A DNA stretch of 64,000 nucleotides from a virus. Lineage: Duplodnaviria; Caudoviricetes. The stretch is taken from IMG/VR virus record IMGVR_UViG_3300029319_000001; one strand, 5' to 3'. The translations under genes and the position numbers were made by a program. The notes beneath the pieces were generated by a model. It searched no databases. It was not told the origin of the DNA and saw only the letters and a program-made list of their open reading frames with translations. Numbering within the stretch: the stretch's first letter is position 1; the number at the start of each line of letters is the position of its first letter. Positions 1 to 9,552 of the stretch are shown one piece after another.

Positions 1-294
1 AGTGGTGAACTTTCTTCTATTATAATGATTGATGTTCCCAAAGAGATAGAAGAAGAATCTGATGCTGTTAAGGACAAAACTAATATGCCTTGTCCTGGTC
101 AGTTAGAATTTCTTGACGGTCCTTCTGGATACATGTATACTGGAAGTTATAAAGTAGTTCCTAGGACAGGTGACATATTTGTATTCCCTGCACAGTTAAA
201 ACATACTGTGTATCCATTTACAAGTGATGTTACTAGGATAACTATGAGTTATAATATATTCAACATACAAGTTGACTCAAATATTAGGGAGTGA
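1..294 (+). CDS. 2OG-Fe(II) oxygenase superfamily protein, C-terminal part (5' truncated by window)
   Basis: Frame is open from base 1; GDIFVFPAQLKHTV...RITMSYN tail typical of the TIGR02466-like oxygenases. Confidence 0.75.
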   Translation, partial: SGELSSIIMIDVPKEIEEESDAVKDKTNMPCPGQLEFLDGPSGYMYTGSYKVVPRTGDIFVFPAQLKHTVYPFTSDVTRITMSYNIFNIQVDSNIRE

Positions 295-300
295 TATAAT
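272..300 (+). promoter_or_regulatory. sigma70-type (early) promoter
   Basis: TTGACT-17nt-TATAAT; near-identical copy at 868-896. Confidence 0.8.
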
Positions 301-871
301 GTTGGTAGAAGGAGGAGGATTATTTTTATCTGAATTTTATTTAATTTTTCCTGCCCCTAATGCAGATGAGTTAATATCTACAATTGAAAATGTATGTAAC
401 ACTAAAGAAGTAAATAACGATTACTTTGAATGGGGAGAACATTGTACAGTTGATAGAATACCACTTGAAAATAACAATTTTGAATATCTGTTAGAACCAA
501 GTATAAAAATCTTTGGTAATAAATTAGAAAAAGATTTTGATTATACATTGTATGACCCTTGGTTAAATTTGTATAAGAAAGGTTATTTTCAAGAGATTCA
601 TGATCACTCAGGACATGATATTTCATGTGTATTTTTTGCAAATGATGGGATTGATTTTGGAAAATTATTTTTTATAGATAGAAATTCTTGTAACTTTTCA
701 GAAGAGTATGAAGATTTAATATCTTATTCAGATACTCATGAACCATCAGTTAGAAAAGGAGATATAATTTTTTTTCCTAGTCATGTTTTACATGGAGTTC
801 GTCCACATAAAAATAATGAAATAAGAAAAACTCTCTCTTTTAATTTTAACATTAAAGAAGTATATGGTTGA
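299..871 (+). CDS. 2OG-Fe(II) oxygenase (TIGR02466-like)
   Basis: QEIHDH...GDIIFFPSHVLHGV...RKTLSFN; ATG 299 preceded by GGAG. Confidence 0.8.
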   Translation: MLVEGGGLFLSEFYLIFPAPNADELISTIENVCNTKEVNNDYFEWGEHCTVDRIPLENNNFEYLLEPSIKIFGNKLEKDFDYTLYDPWLNLYKKGYFQEIHDHSGHDISCVFFANDGIDFGKLFFIDRNSCNFSEEYEDLISYSDTHEPSVRKGDIIFFPSHVLHGVRPHKNNEIRKTLSFNFNIKEVYG

Positions 872-896
872 CTCAAACACTTAGGAGTGATATAAT
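868..896 (+). promoter_or_regulatory. sigma70-type (early) promoter
   Basis: TTGACT-17nt-TATAAT. Confidence 0.8.
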
Positions 897-1380
897 GGTA
901 AATGCATGGAGTCTAGCAGCATCTATACTAGACGGAACCTTTGAGGAGGATTACCCACTTATGAATGATGATGATCTAGAATGGATCGAAAGAACTGGTG
1001 GGTTTGAATGGACTCCTGGTTCGCCATGGCCACCAGAAGAACCTGCAGATATAGATGACCAGTATATGCATCATTTTACTGAAGGGAAATCAACATACAC
1101 AATCGCTGAAGAATCTCCTGAGTACAAGTACAACGAAGATGAGATATTAGATAGTATGAAAGAGTATATTGGAAAAACATATTCCAAACATTACTCTAAT
1201 AAAATACAAACTCTAGATCTTATTGATTCTGTTGGGGATGCATCAGCATTCTGTCGTAGTAACATACTTAAGTATGCATCTCGATATGATAAAAAAGGAA
1301 CAGCAAAACTTGACATACAGAAGATAATACACTATGCTGTATTATTATACCACTTTGAAGAATTAGACAAGGACTCTTAA
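895..1380 (+). CDS. DUF3310-like protein
   Basis: C-terminal FCRSNILKYASRYDKKG...DIQKIIHY motif; start chosen at ATG after GGAG. Confidence 0.6.
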   Translation: MVNAWSLAASILDGTFEEDYPLMNDDDLEWIERTGGFEWTPGSPWPPEEPADIDDQYMHHFTEGKSTYTIAEESPEYKYNEDEILDSMKEYIGKTYSKHYSNKIQTLDLIDSVGDASAFCRSNILKYASRYDKKGTAKLDIQKIIHYAVLLYHFEELDKDS

Positions 1381-1383
1381 CCA

Positions 1384-2061
1384 ATGGATATGAAACTATC
1401 TGAAAAAACTATCGACCTCTTAGAAAACTTTTCTTCTATTAATCAATCTATTTTGGTTAAAAAAGGATCTAAACTTCGTACAATATCTGTGATGAAGAAC
1501 ATCCTTGCAGAGGCAGAAGTTGATGAAAACTTTGAAAAAGAATTTGGGATATATGATCTCCCACAGTTCTTAAATGGTGTCAATCTTATGAATGACCCAG
1601 ACATCGATCTTAGGAATGAGTCTTATATGATTCTTCGTGAAGGTGAAACAACCAAAGTAAAATTTGCTTTTGCTGATCCTGAGGTGATCATATCTCCACC
1701 AGAGAAAGGTATTGAATTAACTAACCCTGATGTATCATTCCAGTTGGATAGTATTCAACTTCAGAAGTTGCTTAAGGCATCTTCAATATATCAGTTGCCA
1801 GATCTTGCTGCTGTTGGTAATGGGAAGAATATTACTTTGACAGTTCGTGACAAGAAGAATGATAACTCTAATGAGTTTTCTCTTGTTGTTGGGGAGACCG
1901 ACAGTATATTTGAATTTAATTTCAAGATTGAAAATATCAAGTTGATTCCTGGTTCATATGAAGTTCAAATTTCTAGAAAGAATCTTGCTAAGTTTACCAA
2001 CAGCAAGTATAATTTAGATTACTTTATAGCATTGGAACCAGATTCAACATATGCGGATTGA
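1384..2061 (+). CDS. gp45: sliding clamp gp45
   Basis: MKLSEKTIDLLENFSSINQSIL...YFIALE; position upstream of gp44. Confidence 0.93.
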   Translation: MDMKLSEKTIDLLENFSSINQSILVKKGSKLRTISVMKNILAEAEVDENFEKEFGIYDLPQFLNGVNLMNDPDIDLRNESYMILREGETTKVKFAFADPEVIISPPEKGIELTNPDVSFQLDSIQLQKLLKASSIYQLPDLAAVGNGKNITLTVRDKKNDNSNEFSLVVGETDSIFEFNFKIENIKLIPGSYEVQISRKNLAKFTNSKYNLDYFIALEPDSTYAD

Positions 2062-2584
2062 GTCATTACCACTTTTTAGTGTTTATATCCATAAGGTTAA
2101 TATAACTGAATGGAAAAAAGAAGGGAACCGTATATTGTCTATGGTTCCCTTTAACAGCAGTACAAATTTTCAACACACGCATATTGATTACACAGACTAC
2201 TTTAATAAATCAGCACCTCCATATGCCGAAGATTTTTTAAAGATTACACAACCGTATCTAGATGAATTTTTAAAAATTTCTCAGTACAAATTTACTCATG
2301 TAAGTGGTCTTTGGTGTCAAAGATATAAGAGCAGAGATTATCATGTTCCTCATGATCATGGCACTGTTGGTTATTCTTGTGTATTTTATGCTAGAATAAA
2401 CCCAAAGGTACATAAAAGTACTTTGTTCTTTTCACCGTTTGCAGCAGAATCTGGTAGTCGTGATACTAATTCTATTGCAGTTGAAGAAGGTGACTTGGTA
2501 ATCTTCCCAAGTGGTTTGTTGCATATGGCACCACCACATGATAGTAACCAAGATCGTATTATTATTTCATTGAATCTTTTGTAA
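2051..2584 (+). CDS. 2OG-Fe(II) oxygenase (TIGR02466-like)
   Basis: VPHDH...EGDLVIFPSGLLH...RIIISLN. Confidence 0.8.
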   Translation: MRIESLPLFSVYIHKVNITEWKKEGNRILSMVPFNSSTNFQHTHIDYTDYFNKSAPPYAEDFLKITQPYLDEFLKISQYKFTHVSGLWCQRYKSRDYHVPHDHGTVGYSCVFYARINPKVHKSTLFFSPFAAESGSRDTNSIAVEEGDLVIFPSGLLHMAPPHDSNQDRIIISLNLL

Positions 2585-3528
2585 TGAAAACTGAATTTCT
2601 TTGGGTCGAAAAGTATAGACCCAAGACTATAGATGAGTGTATACTTCCTGATAGTATAAAGAATACTTTTCAGAAGTTTGTAGATAAAGGTGAGATACCT
2701 AATTTATTACTTGCTGGTCCTGCAGGATGTGGTAAGACAACTATTGCAAGAGCACTTTGTGAACAATTATCATGCGACTACATTATTATTAATGGATCTG
2801 ATGAAGGTAGGTTTCTTGATACTGTAAGAAATCAGGCAAAGAATTTTGCATCAACTGTTTCTCTATCACAAACTAGCACTCATAAGGTAATCATTATTGA
2901 TGAGGCAGACAATACAACACATGATGTACAGTTATTATTAAGAGCAAACATTGAGTCTTTTTATAACAACTGTAGATTTATTTTTACTTGTAACTACAAG
3001 AATAAAATTATAGAACCATTACATTCTAGATGTGCTGTTGTAGAGTTTGGTATCAAAGGTAAAGAGAAGCAGAAAATTGCAGCATCATTTTTCCAAAGAC
3101 TCAACGAAATATTAAATGTAGAAAAAATTAAATCTGATAAGAAGGTTATTGTTGAATTAATTAACAAGCACTTTCCAGACTGGAGAAGAGTCTTAAATGA
3201 ATGCCAAAGATACTCTGTTGGTGGTATAATAGACTCAGCAATCCTTGCAGAATTTTCAGATGTAAAAGTAAATGATCTCATTAAGAAACTCAAAGAGAAG
3301 GATTTCCCATCGGTTCGGAAGTGGACGGTTTCCAATTTGGATAATGATCCTAATCTTCTCTTCCGTCGTATCTACGATGCTTTATACACATCCCTTGACG
3401 GTCCTAGTATTGCTGCTGCTGTGCTTATTATTGCTAAGTATCAATATCAGATGGCATTCGTAGCAGATCAGGAAATTAACATGCTTGCATGTCTTACCGA
3501 AATTATGGTAGAATGTAAGTTCAAGTAA
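2584..3528 (+). CDS. gp44: clamp loader large subunit gp44
   Basis: LWVEKYRP, Walker A GPAGCGKT, IIDEAD, SRC motif. Confidence 0.96.
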   Translation: MKTEFLWVEKYRPKTIDECILPDSIKNTFQKFVDKGEIPNLLLAGPAGCGKTTIARALCEQLSCDYIIINGSDEGRFLDTVRNQAKNFASTVSLSQTSTHKVIIIDEADNTTHDVQLLLRANIESFYNNCRFIFTCNYKNKIIEPLHSRCAVVEFGIKGKEKQKIAASFFQRLNEILNVEKIKSDKKVIVELINKHFPDWRRVLNECQRYSVGGIIDSAILAEFSDVKVNDLIKKLKEKDFPSVRKWTVSNLDNDPNLLFRRIYDALYTSLDGPSIAAAVLIIAKYQYQMAFVADQEINMLACLTEIMVECKFK

Positions 3529-3533
3529 AAATT

Positions 3534-3851
3534 ATGACTATTAAATCAAACAAATTACGCAACCAAGTTAAGAGTGGATTTTATTATCTGTTCTGGGGTG
3601 TTGCTACATGTTCTGTAGTAGCAGGACAACTCTATGTTGGTACTTCACATAGAAAATTATCAACCTCATTAGATGCATGGTTTGATAAGACTATTGCTAT
3701 CATGATACAGAAGCGTTTGATGGAACCAAGAGGATTTTATGCACCTGTTCCTAAACCAGAGGATTATGAGAATGATGGAGTACAATTCTTAAAAGATCTT
3801 GATCCTGATGATTATGTCATTTGGGAAACAATTAGTCAGGAAACTTACTAA
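3534..3851 (+). CDS. hypothetical protein with N-terminal hydrophobic segment
   Basis: ORF track, 105 aa, FYYLFWGVATCSVVAGQLYV. Confidence 0.6.
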   Translation: MTIKSNKLRNQVKSGFYYLFWGVATCSVVAGQLYVGTSHRKLSTSLDAWFDKTIAIMIQKRLMEPRGFYAPVPKPEDYENDGVQFLKDLDPDDYVIWETISQETY

Positions 3852-3938
3852 ACCTGTATATATAATACAGTATTTGAAGTGTAAGAAATATCTTACATAC
3901 ACAGACACAAATACAGACTCAAATTACAATTAAAAACT

Positions 3939-4148
3939 ATGGCTCGTAATCCTTACGAACTCCGTATGGAGTGCCTTACAATGGCAGAAAACAGACTTCA
4001 GAATCGTTTTTCTGAAGCACAAAGAAGATACGAATATCTTTCTGATATGGGTATAGAACAGGATCCTGAGGACTATCCTGTCTTTCCAACTGATGAAGAG
4101 ATTGATGCTTTAGCAGACAAGTTAGTTGCTAAAATGTCTGGAGAATAA
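3939..4148 (+). CDS. hypothetical protein
   Basis: 69 aa ORF after an intergenic region with TATAAT. Confidence 0.6.
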   Translation: MARNPYELRMECLTMAENRLQNRFSEAQRRYEYLSDMGIEQDPEDYPVFPTDEEIDALADKLVAKMSGE

Positions 4149-4152
4149 TATT

Positions 4153-4761
4153 ATGTCTCGTATAGTTCCAGTAATGCCTCCTCTATTAGAAGGAGAAATA
4201 ATAAAAGATTTTAATGCTAAAAATTGTGATCACTCTTTTAATGGTGGGGCATGTGAAAAAGCAGTAGAGATGTATCTACTAAGAAACAAAATTAACTATT
4301 CCATACCTCATATAGATCAAGGAATTGATCTTGTAATTGAGGAAGAAGGATTAGAGAGAGCACAAGTAAAAAAAGTTGTATATAAACATAGTCTTGACTA
4401 CGGAATGAAAAAGCGTGGTATAATAAAGCATAGAGCAATCTTTGACTTTAGATTCCAAACTTCTGGTAATAACTCTCCTCCTCGTACAAAAGAAAACACT
4501 GATGTTTTCTATCATGTTTTAATGACATGTTGGAGGACTCTCATCTTTAAAGTTCCAACCATAGGATTAACAACTAATCCTGATGGTGCATTTGCAAAGA
4601 TGAAAAATCCATGTCTTGATAGAGCTTCTATACAACGAAGAAGACAAGAAGGAACTGATATTAGATCATGTTTAGTATCAGCAGAGTATAGTAAACAAGT
4701 CTATCAACATTATCCAGAATTTTTTCTTCATAGACCTACTTTATTTGAACTTGCAGCATGA
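4153..4761 (+). CDS. putative PD-(D/E)XK endonuclease
   Basis: GGACEKAV...PHIDQGIDLVIE...RAQVKK matches the E...D...QxK catalytic pattern. Confidence 0.55.
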   Translation: MSRIVPVMPPLLEGEIIKDFNAKNCDHSFNGGACEKAVEMYLLRNKINYSIPHIDQGIDLVIEEEGLERAQVKKVVYKHSLDYGMKKRGIIKHRAIFDFRFQTSGNNSPPRTKENTDVFYHVLMTCWRTLIFKVPTIGLTTNPDGAFAKMKNPCLDRASIQRRRQEGTDIRSCLVSAEYSKQVYQHYPEFFLHRPTLFELAA

Positions 4762-5588
4762 AGCAATTGAAAACTCCCCTTCGTTATCCTGGTGGAAAGT
4801 CTAGAGCAGTTAAGAAATTATTTGGTTATTATCCTTATAATAAATCTGATTACAAAGAATTTCGCGAACCATTTCTAGGAGGTGGTTCGTTTGCTTTAGA
4901 ATGGACTAAAAGATTTCCTGATACTAAAGTATGGGTTAATGACTTATACGAACCATTAGCAAACTTTTGGATGGAGTTGCAGCATGATGGTGAGGCATTG
5001 CAGAACTCAGTTTGGAAAATAAAAAACTTGCATCCAGATAGAGATACTGCTAGAGAATTATTTGAACAAGCAAAAGAAGATATAAACAATAAAGGATTAA
5101 CTAATAGAGAAAGAGCAGCAGCATTTTATGTTACCAATAAGTGTAGTTTTTCTGGTCTTACTGAGTCGAGTTCTTTTTCTCCACAGGCATCAGAATCTAA
5201 TTTTTCTTATAGAGGAATTGAAAAACTAGCAGAGTATGGAAAATTAATTCAGCATTGGAAGATAACTAATAGTACATATACAGATCTCTTAACTGATGAT
5301 CCTACAGTCTTCATATATTCTGATCCACCATATGAGATATCATCAAACCTGTATGGTAGAAAAGGTGCTATGCATAAAAAGTTTGATCATGATCAGTTTG
5401 CTTCAGATTGTGATGATGCATGTGCAGATCATATAATATCTTATAATTCATCACAGTTAATTCGTGATCGTTTTGTAAATTGGAATGCATCTGAATTTGA
5501 TCACACATATACCATGAGATCAGTGGGTAAATATATGTTAGAACAAATGGATCGTAAAGAATTAGTATTGACTAACTATACAGTATGA
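4758..5588 (+). CDS. dam: Dam-family DNA adenine methyltransferase
   Basis: LRYPGGKS, EPFLGGGS, VWVND, DPPY motif IV. Confidence 0.92.
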   Translation: MKQLKTPLRYPGGKSRAVKKLFGYYPYNKSDYKEFREPFLGGGSFALEWTKRFPDTKVWVNDLYEPLANFWMELQHDGEALQNSVWKIKNLHPDRDTARELFEQAKEDINNKGLTNRERAAAFYVTNKCSFSGLTESSSFSPQASESNFSYRGIEKLAEYGKLIQHWKITNSTYTDLLTDDPTVFIYSDPPYEISSNLYGRKGAMHKKFDHDQFASDCDDACADHIISYNSSQLIRDRFVNWNASEFDHTYTMRSVGKYMLEQMDRKELVLTNYTV

Positions 5589-7285
5589 AAATTATAGGAC
5601 TCTACGGTAAACTTGAATATTTAACTGAATCCAAGTTAGAAAAAGATATAGATTGTCATGATTCTGGTGCTACTTTATTTGTAGATGGTTATCATATTAG
5701 AAGTATTAATGAAGAGCGTTTGAATAGGGTAAAAGAATATGGTGGTTTTCCAGAGAAGTCTATTGATTATGTTCTAGGAGATTATTCTAAAGATGATGTA
5801 GATATAGTTTGTTATGTTCCAACATATCCTTGGAATAATATTTTCTTATACAATGAAGTTACTACTACAAGTAAAAAAATTTGGTATGAAGGTAAAGAAA
5901 AAGAAGCAAGTAATTTATTAAGAGATCTATTTCCACATGCAGAAGTATGGTATCTATCACATCATTTATGTCATGCAGCATCAACTGTTTTTACTTCTCC
6001 ATTTAATAGTGGAAGTTTTTTAACATTGGATGGTTTGGGTAGTGGACTATGGGATTTTGCTACTGGTAATATTCGTAGTGGAGAAAATAATAGTATAGGA
6101 TATTTCAATAAGAGAAAAAAGATTTTTAGATTCTTTCGTATGCCTGGCGATGTTGGTGAGAATTCTTTCGGAGAATTTTATTGTCAATGGTCTAAGATGA
6201 TATATGAGGGTAAGTGTAAAGAAATAGGTAAAGAATATGATGATGATAGGACACCAAAAGAAGGGAAGATAATGGGTCTTGCATCATATGGAAATAAAAT
6301 AGATGCACCTAAACCATATACACTTGCTAATGATTTTGCTAAAGAATTATTTGATATCGAAAAATATGACTTTGGACATAATGTAGCAAACTTCTATGAC
6401 TATCGTATGGTATTCAATTCTATCCAAGGAAGTTTAGAAGATAAGGCATATTATTTGCAAAGATCATTTGAAGATGCTTTACTTGGATTAGTTAAGTCTT
6501 TACAAAATGATGGTTACCTAGAAGATAATCATTGTTTTGCAGGTGGATCTTTCCTTAATGTATGTGCTAATAGTTTATTAAAACCATTGTTTAAAAATAT
6601 GCACATCCCACCATATACAAATGACTCTGGTATTCATTTTGGAGCAGCAGCATATGCTGCTTATAAAACTGGAAGTAATCCTCGTATGCCAAAAAATAAT
6701 ATTTCATACCTTGGAAAATCTTATGAAGATTTTGTTCCTGATGAGGAGAATATGGAATACTATGAAGACTTTGATTTGTTGTGTGAGACAGTTGCTTATG
6801 AACTTGAGAAGAATAAAATTGTAGGATGGTTCCAAGGTAGATCAGAACATGGTCCTCGTGCTCTTGGTAATCGTTCTATTCTTATGAGTCCTACTCAACC
6901 AGAAAATAAAGACATTTTAAATAAGAGAATAAAACATCGTGAGCATTGGAGACCGTATGCTGGTATAATGTTAGAAGAGAGAATAGATGATTATTTTCTT
7001 GAGGGTGAAATTACACCGTACATGTTGAGTTCTCAGCATGCTATAAGTGATAGGATACCTGCTATTGTTCATGAAGATAAAACTTGTAGGATTCAAACTG
7101 TTAATAAGAAACAGAATCCTAAGATGTGTCATCTACTATCTAAATTTGAAGATCCTATTCTTTTAAATACATCATTCAATAAGAGTGGAGAACCTATCAT
7201 AGAAACTCCAGAAGATGCTATTAGAGGATTTAAAAATATGGATCTTGATTTTCTTGTCATTGGGAATTACATACTATGGAATTAA
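5585..7285 (+). CDS. carbamoyltransferase (NodU/CmcH/TobZ family)
   Basis: HDSGA, EERLNRVK, HHLCHA, LDG, GKIMGLASYG, GWFQGRSEHGPRALGNRSIL, NTSFN. Confidence 0.92.
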   Translation: MKIIGLYGKLEYLTESKLEKDIDCHDSGATLFVDGYHIRSINEERLNRVKEYGGFPEKSIDYVLGDYSKDDVDIVCYVPTYPWNNIFLYNEVTTTSKKIWYEGKEKEASNLLRDLFPHAEVWYLSHHLCHAASTVFTSPFNSGSFLTLDGLGSGLWDFATGNIRSGENNSIGYFNKRKKIFRFFRMPGDVGENSFGEFYCQWSKMIYEGKCKEIGKEYDDDRTPKEGKIMGLASYGNKIDAPKPYTLANDFAKELFDIEKYDFGHNVANFYDYRMVFNSIQGSLEDKAYYLQRSFEDALLGLVKSLQNDGYLEDNHCFAGGSFLNVCANSLLKPLFKNMHIPPYTNDSGIHFGAAAYAAYKTGSNPRMPKNNISYLGKSYEDFVPDEENMEYYEDFDLLCETVAYELEKNKIVGWFQGRSEHGPRALGNRSILMSPTQPENKDILNKRIKHREHWRPYAGIMLEERIDDYFLEGEITPYMLSSQHAISDRIPAIVHEDKTCRIQTVNKKQNPKMCHLLSKFEDPILLNTSFNKSGEPIIETPEDAIRGFKNMDLDFLVIGNYILWN

Positions 7286-7650
7286 AAGACTGGTTGAATT
7301 CAATTAATATTAACAAGAAAGATATTCTTGAAGAAGATCCTGATGCAAAGTATCCTGCATATATTGTAAATCGTTGTTTATCTGGTCATCTTGATTGTGT
7401 CATGTATGCTAATGAGATGAATAGATTTCCTAATTTAGATAAGGATATGCAGTATAATTTTATGCTAAATGGAATTAGAAAGAGAAAGCGTTTTGCTCCT
7501 TGGTTAAAGCAAGAAAAGATTGAAGATCTAGAAGTTGTAAAAAAATACTATAACTATAATACTGAGAAAGCAAAACAAGCGTTGAGAATATTAACTCCTG
7601 ATCAATTAGAATATATAAAAAAGAAAATGGATGTAGGTGGTATCAAGTGA
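7276..7650 (+). CDS. gp62: clamp loader small subunit gp62
   Basis: ELKDWLNSIN...IVNRCLS...RKRKRFAPW; upstream of regA. Confidence 0.9.
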   Translation: MELKDWLNSININKKDILEEDPDAKYPAYIVNRCLSGHLDCVMYANEMNRFPNLDKDMQYNFMLNGIRKRKRFAPWLKQEKIEDLEVVKKYYNYNTEKAKQALRILTPDQLEYIKKKMDVGGIK

Positions 7651-8468
7651 AAAAGGTTTTAAGTATTGATATTGATTATTGTTTTCCTTCAGTAGATGAG
7701 TGGCCGAATGATAATAATGAACTATGGGAAGAGTGGCATCCTTATACAAAGTGGACTCAATACTTTACTAAGTATACTGATTTAAACGATAGATCAAAGA
7801 TAATTGATGAAGAGTGTTTGGATTATTTGTTAGAAACATATACTAGAGCACTTGCAGCATCTCCTAATGCTACAGTTTCTTTTGGATTTGATCATGATAT
7901 GATACTCAAAGATCTTCCTAAAGAAAAGATTGATCTAGTTAACATAGATCATCATGATGATTTTTTAGCAGGAACTTTTATCGGTGATGATAACGATGAA
8001 TTTAAAGAGTACCTTGCTTGTCATCTATTAGAATATCATTTTGCTCATACCTATGGTAAAGTTGATGAGGGTAGTTGGGGTGCATATCTACATCATCAAG
8101 GAAGACTGAATAGTATGACTTGGATTCGTAATGAAGGAATAAAAGAAGTTGATACTCGTAGTCCAGTTAATAAATTTATATGCGAGAATGTGGGTGAACC
8201 TACTAAATGGAGAGCTTGTCATGCTCATGAGTATGATCATGGAGACTATGTTTATGATCATATCTTCGTTTGTCTATCTCCAATGTATTTTCCATTACCA
8301 GTTTGGGATACCTTTAGTGTATTCCTTGGCATCTATGAAAAACAAAGTGGAAAAGACTGTAAGATGAATGAATGGTGGGATAAAAGATATATCAATAGGA
8401 TGGCTTATGGTAAGGCATATGAGGTAGTTTACGAAGGACTTCAGAATGTGAAGAAGTCCCTAAACTAA
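7647..8468 (+). CDS. hypothetical metal-binding protein, arginase/UPF0489-like motifs
   Basis: VLSIDIDY, FDHD, NIDHHDD, FVCLSPMY. Confidence 0.45.
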   Translation: MKKVLSIDIDYCFPSVDEWPNDNNELWEEWHPYTKWTQYFTKYTDLNDRSKIIDEECLDYLLETYTRALAASPNATVSFGFDHDMILKDLPKEKIDLVNIDHHDDFLAGTFIGDDNDEFKEYLACHLLEYHFAHTYGKVDEGSWGAYLHHQGRLNSMTWIRNEGIKEVDTRSPVNKFICENVGEPTKWRACHAHEYDHGDYVYDHIFVCLSPMYFPLPVWDTFSVFLGIYEKQSGKDCKMNEWWDKRYINRMAYGKAYEVVYEGLQNVKKSLN

Positions 8469-8471
8469 ATA
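8465..8471 (+). promoter_or_regulatory. late promoter-like motif
   Basis: CTAAATA upstream of regA. Confidence 0.45.
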
Positions 8472-8497
8472 AAAATACTGAATTTTATCTTAGTATA

Positions 8498-8935
8498 ATG
8501 AGCGTTGTTGTTGAACCGACCTATGATTGGTCGCCAGATAGTATGATTGAGGTGGCTTTAAGTGAGCCAGATGACTTTTTAAAAGTACGAGAAACATTGA
8601 CACGAATAGGTGTTGCTTCCCGTAAAGAAAAGAAATTGTATCAGTCGTGTCATATACTACATAAACAAGGAAGATATTATATCGTTCACTTTAAAGAATT
8701 ATTTGCACTTGATGGAAAAAGAGCTAACCTTACTATTAACGATGTGCAGCGTAGGAATCGTATTAGTCAGTTGCTTGCTGATTGGGGCTTGATTTCTATC
8801 AAAGAATCTGCTAAAATATCAGATATTGCACCTTTAAACCAGATAAAAGTATTGTCTTATAAAGACAAAGGTAACTGGATACTAGAAACTAAGTACAACA
8901 TTGGTCGTAAAACTAAAGAAGAGGAAGTGTCATGA
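8498..8935 (+). CDS. regA: translational repressor RegA
   Basis: DDFLKVRETLTRIG...LYQSCHILHKQGRYYIVHFKELF. Confidence 0.96.
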   Translation: MSVVVEPTYDWSPDSMIEVALSEPDDFLKVRETLTRIGVASRKEKKLYQSCHILHKQGRYYIVHFKELFALDGKRANLTINDVQRRNRISQLLADWGLISIKESAKISDIAPLNQIKVLSYKDKGNWILETKYNIGRKTKEEEVS

Positions 8936-9552
8936 ACTATAAAAGATGGATCGCAATAGGTTCAGCAAGTCTTATCGGATTAACTTATGTTGGTGCAATA
9001 GGAACAATTGCCAGAAGACAACCTGAGGAAAGTAAATTTCCTAGTCTTCCTGTTGGTCCTTACACATCATATAGAATTAAGACTAATGCAGATGGTTCAT
9101 ATGAAATGGCATATAGAGCAAATGATCCTTTAGTTATGTCTAATGTAAAAGATATACAGAAGAGTGGTGGATTCTTAGGAACGAAGAAGCAAAATATACA
9201 GACAACAGAAATGTATACAATGGATGGGGCAGTTCATCACGGAGGACCTGTTAGTAGCACAAGTGCTTGGATAGATCCATCTGCTAAAGGTAAAGGAGAT
9301 GACGCTCCAAAAATTAGTGCAAAGACTATCGAATGTATTGAAGCTGCAGGTTCTGGAAAAGGAACTGGTAGAATGGTAGGTGGTGCTGTTGGTGCCTCTG
9401 CTGCCCCTGCATTGTCAAATATACCATTTATAGGTTGGGTTGCTGCTGGATTTGTTACCATGTTTGGTGCAGATAAGGGTGGTGATATAGGTGCTGACTT
9501 GTCAACATCATACGCAGGATGCGATGATATAGATATTCCACATACTAAGTGA
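8932..9552 (+). CDS. membrane-associated glycine-zipper protein
   Basis: N-terminal hydrophobic helix; GRMVGGAVGASAA...GGDIG. Confidence 0.55.
   Translation: MNYKRWIAIGSASLIGLTYVGAIGTIARRQPEESKFPSLPVGPYTSYRIKTNADGSYEMAYRANDPLVMSNVKDIQKSGGFLGTKKQNIQTTEMYTMDGAVHHGGPVSSTSAWIDPSAKGKGDDAPKISAKTIECIEAAGSGKGTGRMVGGAVGASAAPALSNIPFIGWVAAGFVTMFGADKGGDIGADLSTSYAGCDDIDIPHTK

Noticed and set aside
3854-3870. Resemblance to an E. coli SOS box
   Set aside because: Spacing is CTGT-N9-ACAG rather than N8, and cyanobacterial LexA uses a different box.
3880-3897. NtcA site
   Set aside because: The palindrome is GTA-N10-TAC, not GTA-N8-TAC.
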